58,728 nt of DNA from assembly GCF_001194135.2 (NCBI RefSeq), contig NC_069003.1, forward strand, positions 34,159,084 to 34,217,811, read 5' to 3'. Position numbers and translations under genes: made by a program. Positions 29,281 to 42,904 of this stretch are shown here, piece after piece. The first letter of the stretch is position 1. Each line of letters begins with the position of its first letter. The notes beneath the pieces are model-generated. The model made no database searches, was not told where the DNA came from, and saw only the letters and a list, made by a program, of their open reading frames with translations. Source of the stretch: Octopus bimaculoides. Taxonomy: Eukaryota.

Positions 29281-29787
29281 ATACGGAGACAAGGAGAAAA
29301 ACACGGAGAAAAAAAATTGAATAGTGTTCAGTCAACGGTCAATCATAATAATGGCCGATCATAACAATGGCTGACCATATATACACCCACAAATCTGTCG
29401 CATACAAAGTATCAACGAAGGGATAAATAAATTCCATGAAAACTAAACATGATAGGAATTGGTAAAACAACACAAATGGATCTATGGGAATGAGAGTTGA
29501 ACAGGTGAACAATGTGGAAGATTACAACAGTCATACAAAAATTTAAAAGGTGATGAACGAAATGTAAGCAAAATTTTCCTCACAAACTGACGAGGACGTC
29601 GATAAATCAGCTGATAGTTAAAATGATAGTCGAAACAGACGAAACATTGCCGGATAATACTTCCAAGATATTTCTGTAATAAAGTAAGAGTTCCTTTATT
29701 AGTTATTCAATAAACTTCATATATTTGGTTGTAAAAACAGGGTTTTTTTTAGGCTACCAGTGCGTGTGTGAGATGTACATCAGAGAC

Positions 29788-29946
29788 CAGGGGCGGACTG
29801 AGACTATTAAGGGCCCTCGGGCATAACTGTTTACCCAGGCCCTTTTGAATGTGTGTTTTAGTAGAGTTAACATATAGAGTGCGGGCTCCTCAGAGCTCCG
29901 GGCCTTCGTGTAGTGCTCGATTGATTGACGGCTCAGTCTGTCCCTG
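29788..29946. mobile_element. hAT-type MITE
   Basis: TIR CAGGGGCGGACTGAG / CTCAGTCTGTCCCTG; 8-bp TSD TCAGAGAC / TCAAAGAC. Confidence 0.8.
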
Positions 29947-30057
29947 TCAAAGACTTAAATTCTTAGAAGAAAGATAAACTTGAAATATTGAAGTCGTTAA
30001 GAAGTGGACAACACCGACACAAATTAACCAACAGCCATGTTATAGCTCAGTCTAAAC

Positions 30058-30244
30058 CAGTGATCCGCAACCGGTATGTCGCGGCACATTGGTGTGCCAC
30101 AAGACGATGCTAGATGTGCCGCAGTGTAACCTGAATATAATTTTTTTTCCCTATACGTTTAGTTCTATTTTTAGTTCAGATGTGCTGCCGAATTCTGAAA
30201 AGGATATAAGTGTACCAGAAGAGAAAAGAGGTTGTGAAGCACTT
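30058..30244. mobile_element. hAT (Charlie-like) MITE
   Basis: TIR CAGTGATCCGCAACC / GGTTGTGAAGCACTT; flanks GTCTAAAC / GTCTTAAA. Confidence 0.65.
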
Positions 30245-31479
30245 GTCTTAAACCTCGCTCTGTGTGATTTAACCCGCGGGGTGAGTGATGTAACTAGGTC
30301 TTAACACTCTCAAATAAAGCGGCGAGTTAGCAGAATCGTTAGCACGCCGGGCTCAGCGGCATTTCGTTGTCCTTACGTTCTGAGTTCAAATTCCGCTGAG
30401 ATTGACTTTGCCTTTCCTCCTTTCGGATTAAATACCAGTCAAGCATTTGGGTTGATGTAATCAAATAGCCCTCACCCAAAATTTCAGTAGAAAGGATTAT
30501 CAGTTTTAAATGACAAATAGGTAGGTATGGTAGTTTCAAGACACTTTGCTTATCCCTGGATTCCAGAATTAAAAATGACTTTTTCCCAGGAGTTAGAATA
30601 TGTTACAATGAACGAACGTTAATGGTTTTTCCTGTTTTATTACTTACAAGCAGTAAATAGCGACTTAGACCATCTCTGACTCTCTAAACTGTTTGAAGCT
30701 CAGAATTTTATCATAGGAAAGAAAATAATGAACGTTGAACATAAGGAAAGTTAGGTTTGACCAAAGAAATTACGGTAAGTTTTATCATGCATAGATTGGT
30801 ATTTAAAATATAATTTTGTAGCAAATCTCAGCATTATGGACTGTATATCAGAGAGAAAGAAAAACTGTTATAACACATTAAGTTTAGAAAAATAAAATCG
30901 AAAACAAAACACGAGAATCAAAAAAACAAACTGGAAGTGATCACCGGCGTAAAACACGTGTTAGTTCAACCTGCTAGAAATAAGAGCAAAACAAAACCTC
31001 CTCTCAGTTATTATTATTATTATAAGGCTTTCACTTCTAACAGAAGTTGTTTAGATCCAAGTAAATCTGATTGAACAGACCCATGGTTAAAGATATTTCA
31101 ACTATAATATCTAAGATATCAGGGTGTCCAGCATGTGTCCGCGCCTTGCCCAAGAAGATGGTCGGCTGCGATTTAATTTAAAAGCGAATGTTTAGATAGT
31201 TTTTGTTTTATTTAAAAAGAAAATGAGAGATTTTCCAAGTTACAATGTTTTTTTTATCATAAGATCGACTCATTAGAGCTGGACCTAAAACTGAATAACA
31301 AACTCTGGCTGCAACTTTCGGATTGAAACAAGTAAAAGAGTAAAACGATAAGTCTGTGTCCTGTGATAGAAATTGGAATCTCATTGTCTGTATCACAGTC
31401 CTTCTTTCCTTGTTGTGATTCTATTAAACTGGGCATGGTATACGCATGAGAGAAGAACTCCAACGGTTGTAATTCCCGC

Positions 31480-31930
31480 CAATATATATTCTGTTACGGA
31501 AAACCAAGATCGATTGATCAGCCATGGCGTTCGGATGAATAATATAGACTTACCAAAGCAACTCCTTTATGACGAGCTTCTATTGTTGCAGCCAAAAAAA
31601 GGCGTCACGTGGTGAACCTGATATTAACATCGAATGCAATGAACATGGGTTGACGCAGAATCCCGAGAACAGCTTGCGCATAACAAACCCCTTGTGACGT
31701 ACCCCCATCAGCAAAGGCGCAAAATCCTCATTCAGGCAGCATAGACCATACTTGAATTCCGCAAAACCTGGTCAACAGGCGCCTCAAATGAAACCACAGA
31801 CCACATGATGCCTCACATGTGGTCTTTATTCCTTTCTTTCCACGACAGAATCTGTCTCAACCATTTACGAACACGTGAACCCAGTCAAGTGTGTAGTCTT
31901 TATCGATCACCGATGGAAGAACACGAATAT
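31480..31930 (+). mobile_element. RTE (BovB-like) LINE 3' fragment
   Basis: SHGVRMNNIDLPKQLLYDEL resembles GHVVRM..RLPKQLLYGEL; decayed terminal C..C...HLRT finger. Confidence 0.7.
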
Positions 31931-32431
31931 AAAATTCGTTAAATAAGATAAGTTCGTATTGATTGAAGAGAGGTGAGTTGTGAATTTTCAAGCATGGCCC
32001 CCGTTTTTTTTTTTTTTTTTTATCGAAGAAATATCCCCTTAAATACTGAGACCAGCTCTGCACAGTCAACACCATCACAACTTGTCTCTTTAAATTAATC
32101 AGCCTCGTTTTAACCTTTGACAATTAGCGTCTGTCGTTGACACTTCCATACACACACACACACATACACACACACATACATACACATACACATTCATGGA
32201 TACACACACACACATACACACACATAACCAAAAAACGGTTAGCAAAGAATTGTTATATGGAATTTTTACAGAAATGGTATATTTTCTTTCGTTATTTATA
32301 GCGATATATCGGAAGAATTCGCCCTTTGAGTCAATTGAATTTGTCTTTGAGAAGAATGAATTAGATTTGGGCCATTGAAAACTAAAAGAAAACAAAAAAA
32401 GTTTAAACGAAAAGGATATTTAATAAGGATT

Positions 32432-32521
32432 ATGCCTCGGCGAAAGAAACGACGAAGAAGTGGATGTCGGACAAATAACAGACCATTGCAAGCTGGGCAA
32501 ACATCATCGATTACACGCTGG
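32432..32521 (+). CDS. Probable first coding exon of the LAP1/LULL1-like gene (MPRRKKRRRSGCRT...ITRW)
   Basis: ATG, basic NLS-like run, donor TGG|GTAAAT in phase 0 matching the acceptor at 38113. The join gives 381 aa; intermediate exons are not excluded. Confidence 0.55.
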
Positions 32522-32585
32522 GTAAATTTAATTTCTTTTTAAAACTTTATACATCATATGTAAATATATCAATACATAAACACAT

Positions 32586-32627
<42 letters not shown>

Positions 32628-33023
32628 TGCACAGGTATAGACACATACATACATACGTACGTACGCGCATATTTCTTGTATATTAAAAATGGCTATTCAG
32701 AATTAAGCAAGAGGCGCAGGTTGTGGAGACGAGCAAGGGTTAACGAGCTAACATGAGAGTACTTACAATTAAGAGCGGAGGACCTTTTTTTTAAGGGCAG
32801 AAGAACCTGTGGGTGCATGTGTACTTAGGAAAATTATTTTATAAATCCATAAATAGGTGACTCACTGTTTTGGTCTTGAGATTGAAACCGTTTCGTCTCC
32901 TTTAATGACTTGTTTTTATAGAATTTAAGATTTAAATTACAGACATGGGGTTTCACGCTCTTGCTCTACGTAATCACACAACCTGCTAGAAATAACAGCC
33001 AAATCTCTTAAGACGTACACAAA

Positions 33024-33519
33024 GAGGGACGGATTAAGACCTAGAGAAGCCCTAAGCACTTAAAAGATTTTGGTGCCCCCGTATAAATATAATTCAAAAT
33101 ATAAACAATAATAAACCATAAAATAAATTTTTACTTTTCAAAAGGAAACAAAAAACTAACAGTAAGATGGAAAATAAATGTTTCGTTTTACGTACTTACA
33201 TTTTATATTTCATAAGTTACCTATTTTTTTTAATTGCAAAGTCTTTGATCAGATCCTGACTATAACGCCATGAACACTTCGAAATTATATTTCCGATCAT
33301 ATAAACCTCCTCGAATATTTATTTTAGCAAGTTTAAAGTGTTTTCTTTTGTGCCGTAAACCATTTACAATTTGTGGTGCCCCCCCCCCCCCCNNNNNNNN
33401 NNNNNNNNNNNNNNNNNNNNNNNNNNNNNNNNNNNNNNNNNNNNNNNNNNNNNNNNNNNNNNTTCCCATGATACCCTAAGCACGTGCTTTAATTTTGTTT
33501 AATGGTTATTCCAGGGCTG
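33024..33519. mobile_element. hAT-like MITE spanning a gap
   Basis: GAGGGACGGATTAAG start, TTATTCCAGGGCTG end, internal CCCTAAGCAC repeated; TSD unclear. Confidence 0.5.
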
Positions 33520-34310
33520 GTCACACTGTAAAAAAAAATAGATACAAAATGTAATCCTACATAAACTATATCTGTAAAAAAACAAACAAACGGGATGGTC
33601 ACGTTTGAAGCCCTTTTGATCATAGGTCTGTAGCGCCTGGGACCACAGAGGTGTCTGGATGTCAGCAGAAGTGTAACGATGTGTGACCCCTTCCCTGTTC
33701 CACCGTCCTAGATCTTAATAATCAAGTTTCTGTGACTATTTAACCCAATGTCAATTTAATACACATCTGAGCAACAGGAGGAACACTATATAATGGACCA
33801 AGGTTTCGTTGACTTACTGTGATGTGATGGTGGTGGTGGTGCTGCTGTTGTTAATGATAATGATGATGGTGATGGTGATGATGGTGGTGGTGGTGATGAC
33901 GATGATGGTGGTAGTGGTGGTGGTGGTGGTGATGACGATGATGATGAAGCTCCTGTCAGATTCAATAATAAGCATTCAGTGGTTCAGCAACCCCCTCGCT
34001 AAATGCGTGTGTAAATGGATAAGTGACTGAGTATACCTCAGGTGCGTGTACCCCTTACATAATTCTCCAGCACCAAAGCAGTATGACACGAATTCCCACT
34101 ACAGTCCATTTTACAAGCTTCCACATAGGTTAATGGACAAAGGAACAGAGAGAAATTGGTAGTTTGTATCTTGTGATTGATACCAGTTCTAGCATGGCTG
34201 TGTAGTTAAGAAGCCCCCCTTCGTAATTACATGACCTTGGGTTCAATCTCTGTATGTAACACCTCTCCCATTGTCTCAGGTTACCCAAAGCTTTGTGAGT
34301 GAAATGTTGG

Positions 34311-34665
34311 CACTCCGTCGCTTATGACGTCGAGGGTTCCAGTTGATCCGATCAACGGAACAGCCTGCTCGTGAAATTAACGTGCAAGTGGCTGAGCACT
34401 CCACAGACACGTGTACCCTTAACGTAGTTCTCGGGGATATTCAGCGTGACACAGTGTGACAAGGCTGACCCTTTGAATTACAGGCACAACATTAAGAGGG
34501 AGTAAGAGTGAGAGAAAGTTGTGGTGAAAGAGTACAGCAGGGTTCGCCACCATCCCCTGCCGGAGCCTCGTGGAGCTTTAGGTGTTTTCGCTCAATAAAC
34601 ATTCACAACGCTAGGTCTGGGAATCGAAACCGTGATCCTAACCACTGGGCCATTGCGCCTCCACG
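34311..34665 (+). mobile_element. Interspersed repeat family D
   Basis: GAGTGAGAGAAAGTTGTGGTGAAAGAGT...GGAGCTTTAGGTGTTTT block is shared with about 15745-16000. Confidence 0.75.
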
Positions 34666-35809
34666 TGAGTGAAATATGGTAATTGGAAACTACATGGAAG
34701 CCCACTGAGGGGATCTTGACTTAAACTTAATCCATCTCACACTTTAAATCCATCTCACCTGGTTTTGGGGCTACAGGCACTGATCTTCCTCTTCTCAATA
34801 AAAATTTTAAAATAAAAAATAACCCTGCTATTAAATGAAGGTCTAGGATAGTGGCAGAAATTAACAGACGCGAAACGTTAGTGTGTGATACAAGTACAGT
34901 CAAAGATCAAGTTTGTAGTCATGTGACAGTGTTAATGTTAAAATTACTTCTTCTAGAGAGGGTGCTATAGTAGCAGAAGTGACAGATTGTAGAGCTAAAT
35001 GCCTTATACTGCTTGATTGTCTCATTATGTATTGTCCATGGTAAAATGTAGAGCTCAATGCAGAATGTAGAGCCAAATGGTTTGCACAGTTTAATTATGT
35101 CTCATTATGTATTGAGTTCATATCCTGACAGGTTTTTTCCTCTCCCCCTCAGGACTTGGTAAAGTAAGAAGAGTAGCTAACAATATCCTTTATGTTTGAT
35201 GTGGGGAAATCATTAATTACTATGAAAAGATTTAGTGTCCTTTGTATATTGAGGGAGGGGGTCATTCTGACTGAAGTTGTGGTTTAGCCCTAGGTTAGGT
35301 TTGATGGAGGAGACCCCTGATCATGGCTGTCATTTTATCTCAGATAAAGTGATGGGCTCAGAAAATGATTTTGGACAACTAAGCACAGCTTACCAATTTT
35401 CAGTCAAATTGTCCAACCCATTCCAGCATGGAAAACAGACGTTAAATGATGGTGATGGTGATGATGATAAATGAAGTAGACACTGAAAAAGGTCTCCACA
35501 GTTATTGCATGTCTTATGATGTTAACACAAATATGTGTCTTTCTCACACACACACATAACAGATCTCAATATACACATCTATGCTCGCATATAGTGCCAT
35601 ATTGCACATGATTCATATTTACACACACACATACACACACACTGACATATGTTTAGTTCTGAGGTTTCACATGTAACATAAATACAAGATATCAGTACGT
35701 ATGTTCATGTACCTGTAGATCTCCAGAACACATACATGTTCTCATATCGTGTCTTAATACGCATACAAAGGCGTCTCTGTATATACACATTCACATACAT
35801 ATATTGTCT

Positions 35810-35856
<47 letters not shown>

Positions 35857-36093
35857 NNNNNNNNNNNNNNNNNNNNNNNNNNNNNNNNNNNNNNNNNNNN
35901 NNNNNNNNNNNNNNNNNNNNNNNNNNNNNNNNNNNNNNNNNNNNNNNNNNNNNNNNNNNNNNNNNNNNNNNNNNNNNNNNNNNNNNNNNNNNNNNNNNNN
36001 NNNNNNNNNNNNNNNNNNNNNNNNNNNNNNNNNNNNNNNNNNNNNNNNNNNNNNNNNNNNNNNNNNNNNNNNNNNNNNNNNNNNNNNNNNNNN

Positions 36094-36143
<50 letters not shown>

Positions 36144-38009
36144 CAAGTAGAAAGATAAATTTTTTCAATTGATAGATAGACTGATGGATAGATAGACTGA
36201 TGGATAGATGGATGGACAGACGAACAGACAGATAGTTAGATAGATGGATAGACAGATGAAATAGATAGATAGTATGATAGATAGATAGATGGATAGACAG
36301 GCGGATAGATTGGTAGATAGACATACAGACAGACAGACAGATAGATGGATAGACAGATTAGATAGATAGACAGACAGATAGATATATATATATATATACA
36401 TATCATCATCATCATCATTTAATGTTCACCTTCGATGCTGACATAGGTTGAATGGTCTGACAGGACCTGATGAGCTACAGGGCCATGTTGAACTCCATTG
36501 TCAGCTTTGGCTTGGTTTCTACCGTTGGATGCTCATCCTAGCATCAACCACTTACCAGCTCTTGTAACGAGTGTTTTTTTTTTTTCATGCCAACAATACT
36601 AATGACGTCTTCAGGTAACTTGTAAAACAAGAAAGAACAGGAAAAAAGGAAAAGGCTCCCTCAACTAAGTGGGTGGGGTTGGGAGTATTTGAGAGGCAAG
36701 GAACAGTAGTTTTATGTCAGGTGTTAAGAGGGACAAACCCTGCCTCTTAAATCTTTCATTTGTACCTTGGCTTCTTAACAACCATCTGATTTACAAGCCA
36801 TGGTAATCTTTTCTACTCTAGGCACAAGGTCTGAAATTTTGGGGGAGGGAGCCAGTCGATTAGATCGACCCTAGTATGCAACTGGTACTTAATTTATCAA
36901 CCCCGAAAGGATGAAAGGCAAAGTCGACTTCGGTGGAATTTGAACTCAGAACATAAAGACAGATGAAATACCGCTTAGCATTTTGCCTAGCTTGCTAACG
37001 TTTCTGCCAGCTCACCACCACACAAGCTAATCTGTCAAAGGCCTTCACCAGGTCAACAAATGCTAGATATAGGGTCTTGCTTTTAGCTAAGAACTTATCC
37101 TGTAAATGTCTCACCAAAAAGAAATCCTCAATGGTACCCTGATCTGAAACAAACCTGAATTGCATTTTACCTAAGCTATTTTCTTAATTAGATATACCAT
37201 AACATTTTCCTAATTAGATCAATCAAAAGCGGCAAGCTGTCAGAATACTTATCAAACCAGACAAAATTACTTAGGAGCATTTTTCTTCCAGCTTGACAGA
37301 AATACAGTAATGAAAGGGTTAACTACCCAATTGTGCCTGCACCTATTGTGTGTTTCTGATTTCTCATTGGTTATTGTGGTTTTATTATGTGTGTGATGTA
37401 TTGTATGAAACCAGTCTGTGATGCAAAATAGATTAGGGTAAGATTTGGGGCAGGAGTGATGATTTTCTTCGGGAAACTACATTTTGATGAGGCTCGACTA
37501 AACAACTCATTCCAAAGGTCTAAGAGTCTATGGAAAACTTCTAGGAACCTGGCAGTTCTACAAGAAGGATAACCAGTTTGGGATAACCTCTACATGTAAC
37601 AAGTAAACACTACTCTGCCAATCAGACTTGTTTGAGATGTCTGGAGTGCTACAAAACCTTGCCATACACTCTTCTTTGGTGACCAATGACCAAATATTGC
37701 TGACCTGTGACTGTTCTCACATGTAGGATGAATCTGGTTAGCAACCAAGTCTACCATGGAAACTGCTCCTCCCCCTTCCTTTGGCTGTGGATTGTTTTGT
37801 TTAGGTTGTATTATCAAATTGATAGTGTCTGGCATAGGATGTGGGCTATTATTATGCTTAGACTACATTCCGAGCTCAAATTCCACCGAAGTTGACTTTG
37901 CTTTTCATCCTTTCGGGGTCAATAAATTAAGTACCAGTGAAATACTGGGGTCGATGTAATTGACTTATCCCTTCCCCAGAATGGCTGCCCTTGTGGCAAA
38001 ATTTTAAAC

Positions 38010-38042
<33 letters not shown>

Positions 38043-38112
38043 CATTATTATTATTATTATTATTATTATTACTGATGTAATTGTTTATTCTTTTAATTTT
38101 TTATCGTTTTAG

Positions 38113-39168
38113 GTTCATCATCCATCATCGTCATCAGCCACGTCATCATGTGAACAGAGTCCTTCGGTGTGCACAATCAGAACTATGGGCAAGAAACCCA
38201 AAGAAATATCAATCACCTGCATCGTCGAAGATGGTGCAACCATCACTGAAGACACGACCATCCTACGACAGACTCCACAACTGTGTACAGACAACAGTGA
38301 AGAAAGGACCACTGTGTCGACCGAATTTGACAGTGAAAGCGATGTGACAAGCCATGTACCCCACTCGCAGATTACACTCTGCCGTACAACAGAACAGCTT
38401 GCTATTAATGAGGGAAATATCTTTTATAAACTGAAACACATGTGCGCCACCTTCACATTTCAGGGAACCACATGGAACAACATGTTGTATATATTGCTGC
38501 CTTTTGCCTTACTCTCCATCAGTATGTTAATAGCGACCTTCTGCATGGGAGGAGCGTCACTGACACAGCAGTGCGACACCAACTGCTATTCGAGATACAG
38601 CAAGGCTTTGTACCAATTACAAAAAAATTTCAGATGTCAGAATGTATGGCTTTGGCTCACTTTACGTTCGGTCGTCTGGAACGTATTTTTTGAACCCAAA
38701 GAAGACTTACCAGGTGTCATACTGTTTGTGGTACCTCTCAAAATGACCGACACGGGATATAATATTGCTCTGAATGTTGTTGAGATTTTCAATGCCCTTC
38801 ACGGCCATGATGTTTCTACACACATCAAATTCGGTAGCATCGGCATGACTGGGTTGGCTCTGTCTGATTTCCAAAGCAAGCTCTACTTGGAAATCGAAAC
38901 AATACAATCCAAATGCCAACCTGCTGTTCTGACCGATCACTTGGAAATGGTCTCCGGCGTCGACATAAACTTCATTACTTACACCTTAGTCGAGAAACTG
39001 ATCTGTAACAAACTGTTTGTCTTCACCATCTACGTACCCCTTCACAAAGCTAACCCTTTGAAAATACCTGAATATTTGTGGGAGATTTGGCAAACAAAGG
39101 AGACAGAAGTGAATTCTCTGATAGCAAGGCTTACTGAGAATATGGTATTTATTTCAGCCACTGATTAA
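38113..39168 (+). CDS. Large terminal exon of a torsin-1A-interacting protein (LAP1/LULL1)-like type II membrane protein
   Basis: 352-codon open frame directly after a TTTTAG acceptor. It has a Ser/Thr-rich region, one TM helix (MLYILLPFALLSISMLIATFCM) and a luminal domain resembling recalled LAP1C motifs: LQKNFRCQNVWLW ~ L..kFPgQ...lW, PGVILFV ~ PAtiifta, LFVFTI, and C-terminal LIARLTENMVFI ~ lwsRIshlVLPV. Confidence 0.7.
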   Translation, partial: VHHPSSSSATSSCEQSPSVCTIRTMGKKPKEISITCIVEDGATITEDTTILRQTPQLCTDNSEERTTVSTEFDSESDVTSHVPHSQITLCRTTEQLAINEGNIFYKLKHMCATFTFQGTTWNNMLYILLPFALLSISMLIATFCMGGASLTQQCDTNCYSRYSKALYQLQKNFRCQNVWLWLTLRSVVWNVFFEPKEDLPGVILFVVPLKMTDTGYNIALNVVEIFNALHGHDVSTHIKFGSIGMTGLALSDFQSKLYLEIETIQSKCQPAVLTDHLEMVSGVDINFITYTLVEKLICNKLFVFTIYVPLHKANPLKIPEYLWEIWQTKETEVNSLIARLTENMVFISATD

Positions 39169-39419
39169 TATTCAAGGTACAACACCATGAGTGGAAGCAC
39201 ATTTTGCTCTTCTAAAGACTGATATACACGTGCACTAATGTATATATGTATATATATATATATATAATGTGTGCTGTGTATGTATTGTTGATTGTATGAT
39301 TTCTAATTGAGGACATGTTAGAAACCTTCACCAAAGGAGGCTTGAAACAATCTCAAACTACTAATCTCTTATGAAAGGGAACTTCAAAAGTAACGAGAGC
39401 TGTTGACCTGTTTTAAGGG

Positions 39420-39480
39420 TCATTAAGAAAATACATACATGTATATATATACTTAAATGCATTCACAATATGAATATGAA

Positions 39481-39529
<49 letters not shown>

Positions 39530-39557
39530 NNNNNNNNNNNNNNNNNNNNNNNNNNNN

Positions 39558-39610
<53 letters not shown>

Positions 39611-39891
39611 CACACACATATATATGTATGTATGCATGTGTGTGTATGTGTGTATACTTATGTATGTGGAAACATGTGTAGTCATATGCATAGACACATT
39701 CAGATATTTAGATGTATGTATGTACAGTCAAACATACATACACATGTGTATAATTGCATACATATACATATGTGTATACGCATATGTACATTCATGCATA
39801 CATATTAACATTCATACATACATATTAGCATTCGTACATATACACGCACATATGTATATATATGTACATTCAATTTTCATACATTAATACA

Positions 39892-39953
<62 letters not shown>

Positions 39954-39962
39954 CATGCATAC

Positions 39963-40001
<39 letters not shown>

Positions 40002-40240
40002 CATACACTCACTCACAAACACACATATAGATAGATCCAGAGATACATTTGCACACATACACATTTGTCCCTAAATACATAGACATATGTATGCGTATAT
40101 ACATACATACCTGTGTGTGCATAATTGTGTACATTCCTACATACACACATGCACGTATGCACACTCATACAGATGCACACACACATACGTACATGCACAC
40201 ACACACACACATGCACACGCACACACAAACACACATTCTA
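39420..40240. repeat. Long TA/CA low-complexity field
   Basis: Read directly; similar fields at about 50780-51090 and 54230-54670. Confidence 0.9.
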
Positions 40241-40805
40241 TTTTCAAATACAACAGAAAGAGAAATTGTTATCAATTGGAAAGAAAAAAAAAAGGAACAC
40301 ATATGGTCTGTATTAGTTCTGTAAAGTTATTGTTAACTGTTACAGCTAAGGCCATGCTACAGCACCACCTGTAGATGTCTGTAAATAATTAAAAACAAAC
40401 TTTACATTCTATCTACGATGTGTGATTTACAGAGATTGATATTTGGAACTTTGGCCAGTGGTGCTGGCGGTGGTGGTAATAGTGGTGAAGGTGGGGATGG
40501 GGATGGTGGTTATAATGGAAATGATGTGATGGTGGTGGTGGCAGTGGGAGCAATAATTGTGATGGAGGTGGTGGTGGTGGTGGTGGTGGTGGTGGTATTG
40601 GAGGTGAGATTTTTTCCTTTGTACAGATTCAAGTTTTGATGCAACATCGATCAAGGTTGAAGCATTTTATGTAATAAACCACATCTGATGATGACAGTCA
40701 GTATTGTTTGCATTGACACTTGCACATAGACACACAGNNNNNNNNNNNNNNNNNNNNNNNNNNNNNNNNNNNNNNNNNNNNNNNNNNNNNNNNNNNNNNN
40801 NNNNN

Positions 40806-40842
<37 letters not shown>

Positions 40843-41254
40843 CTTTATGAAGTGGTTGGCATTAGGAAAGGCATATATGTGTGTGCATATGTATGTATGC
40901 ATATGTTTGTGTGTGTGTATGTATGTGTGTGTGTGTGTCCTTGTCTTGACATCGTGTGATAATGGTTGTTACTGTCATACAAGCAGTGTTACTCATTTCT
41001 AATATTCTACAAGAAGATTTCTGTCCACGGGGAAAATATTGCTTTGTTTGGAAACAGGTGAGGACCATCGGTGACAAGAAGGATATCTGATTTTAGGAAA
41101 TACACCACCATAAATTCTGTCCAACCCATTCAAGCATGGAAAAGTGGACGTTAGAATAATGAAAATGACAATGTTGATGATGATGATGATAAAGTTAAAA
41201 TTCTATTAGGGTTCCTTTTCAGGCAGAGTTCCACAGATATCTTCTTGTTCATGC

Positions 41255-41420
41255 ATTGATATCATGTATCAAGTATTATTGATGCTAAGTGCGATATATC
41301 AAGTATCATTGATATCAAATATACAAAGTGCCATTGATGTATGATATCAACTATGATTAATACCAAGTATCCTTGATATCAAGTATCATATCAAGTATCA
41401 TTGATATCAAGGTATCTGGC
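41255..41420. repeat. Degenerate short-unit tandem repeat (TATCAAGTATCATTGA-like)
   Basis: Repeated TGATATCAAGTATCA words. Confidence 0.75.
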
Positions 41421-42317
41421 ATCCATAACAGACTATTGTTAATTTGTGATCCTAAACAACAATATCAAGCTGTGTTGTCATAAAGGCAGCCACATTCTCT
41501 CTCTCTCTCTGTCACACACACACACGCATACACACAAGTGCAACATGCAGCAGACATCCACATAGTTTCCGTCTACCAATTTCCTCCACAAGTCCTTGGT
41601 CAGCCTTGGGCTATAGTAAAAGACATTTGAGGTATGTATCCTGTCATAACGATATCAAAAGATCCCTTTCAGTCATGAATGACCATGGGATTGCACCTAG
41701 AAAGTTCCCATCCAAGGCACAAATCCAGGTCAGGTTGTTTATGGATTTTTTTTGTTTTTTTAATAATATGAAACATGGAGAATTCCAGCATGTACCCCAC
41801 TATCAGAAACATGTTACCTTGCTTCCCATGGCTCAAGTACGCACAAATGGAACCAGTTTTACTCTGTTCCAACACAGTTCTGTTTCATGTCCAGCATAAT
41901 CCTCCAATGACTCCCTCCCACATGACTGTCTTCGTTTATATTTGATGGCTTCTTTCCAATCAACACAAATAATGATAATGTACTAGGCTGTACTCATATG
42001 CAGTTGAATCCACAGTGTCGTGGTAGGCATTAACAAAAGTCCCTCGTTAATTAATAAAACAGCAGGATTGGAGGAAAATAACGATGTTCTGTATTGGCAG
42101 AAGCTAATGATGTTTTAATTTGGATGCAAGAATGGAATCAAGAAAATGAAAGAATATAGATAAATGCCATTATGTGTGTGTGTGTGTGTGATTTTCATGT
42201 TACTGCAATTTAAACATTTTGAGTTGTGCAGTCATCTATAACAATAGCGTGCCTCAGTGATTTCTGATCTTCACACTTTACTGATTGGATTTCATAAAAT
42301 ATACATTGGAAATAGCA

Positions 42318-42350
<33 letters not shown>

Positions 42351-42825
42351 CATAAACCCCAGTAAAATTTTCAAGATATATTTACCATTCTGAAAAGCAC
42401 CGATTTAGTTCTGAGTTCAAATTCTGCTTAGGTCAGCTTTGTCTTTTGTCCTTTCAGGGTCGATAAAATAGGTACCAGTTATGCGCTGGGGTCAATGTAA
42501 TCGACTCACCTCTTCCCCAAAATTGCTGGCCTTGTGCCATAATTTGAAACTACCATTTGTTTCTGAATATTTATTTACCTTTTTTTTTTGTTTTTTTTTA
42601 CCGAGGTACAACACCTATCCTTTAAAGTCTGGGTCAACCTTAGCCTATGCAAATGAAGTTTATTGAGCAAATTACACAAACTAATTAATATTTCAACTAA
42701 TATTTACTAATTAGGAAGTCTACAGCTAGTTCTTTGGTTTTGATTGTTACAATTAAATTTTGCAAAATTCGTTTATCATAGCATTTCAACAGTTAAATCT
42801 TTAATGCCAAAACCTTTTATTATTA

Positions 42826-42904
<79 letters not shown>

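Noticed and set aside
29581-29660. Hammerhead at CTGACGAGGAC...GTCGAAAC
   Set aside because: Stem II has only 3 bp and needs an extra base; no UH triplet or stem I can be formed. At most a decayed relic.
31857-32123. 88-aa minus-strand ORF
   Set aside because: It overlaps the antisense end of an RTE fragment and a poly-T run; no family signal.
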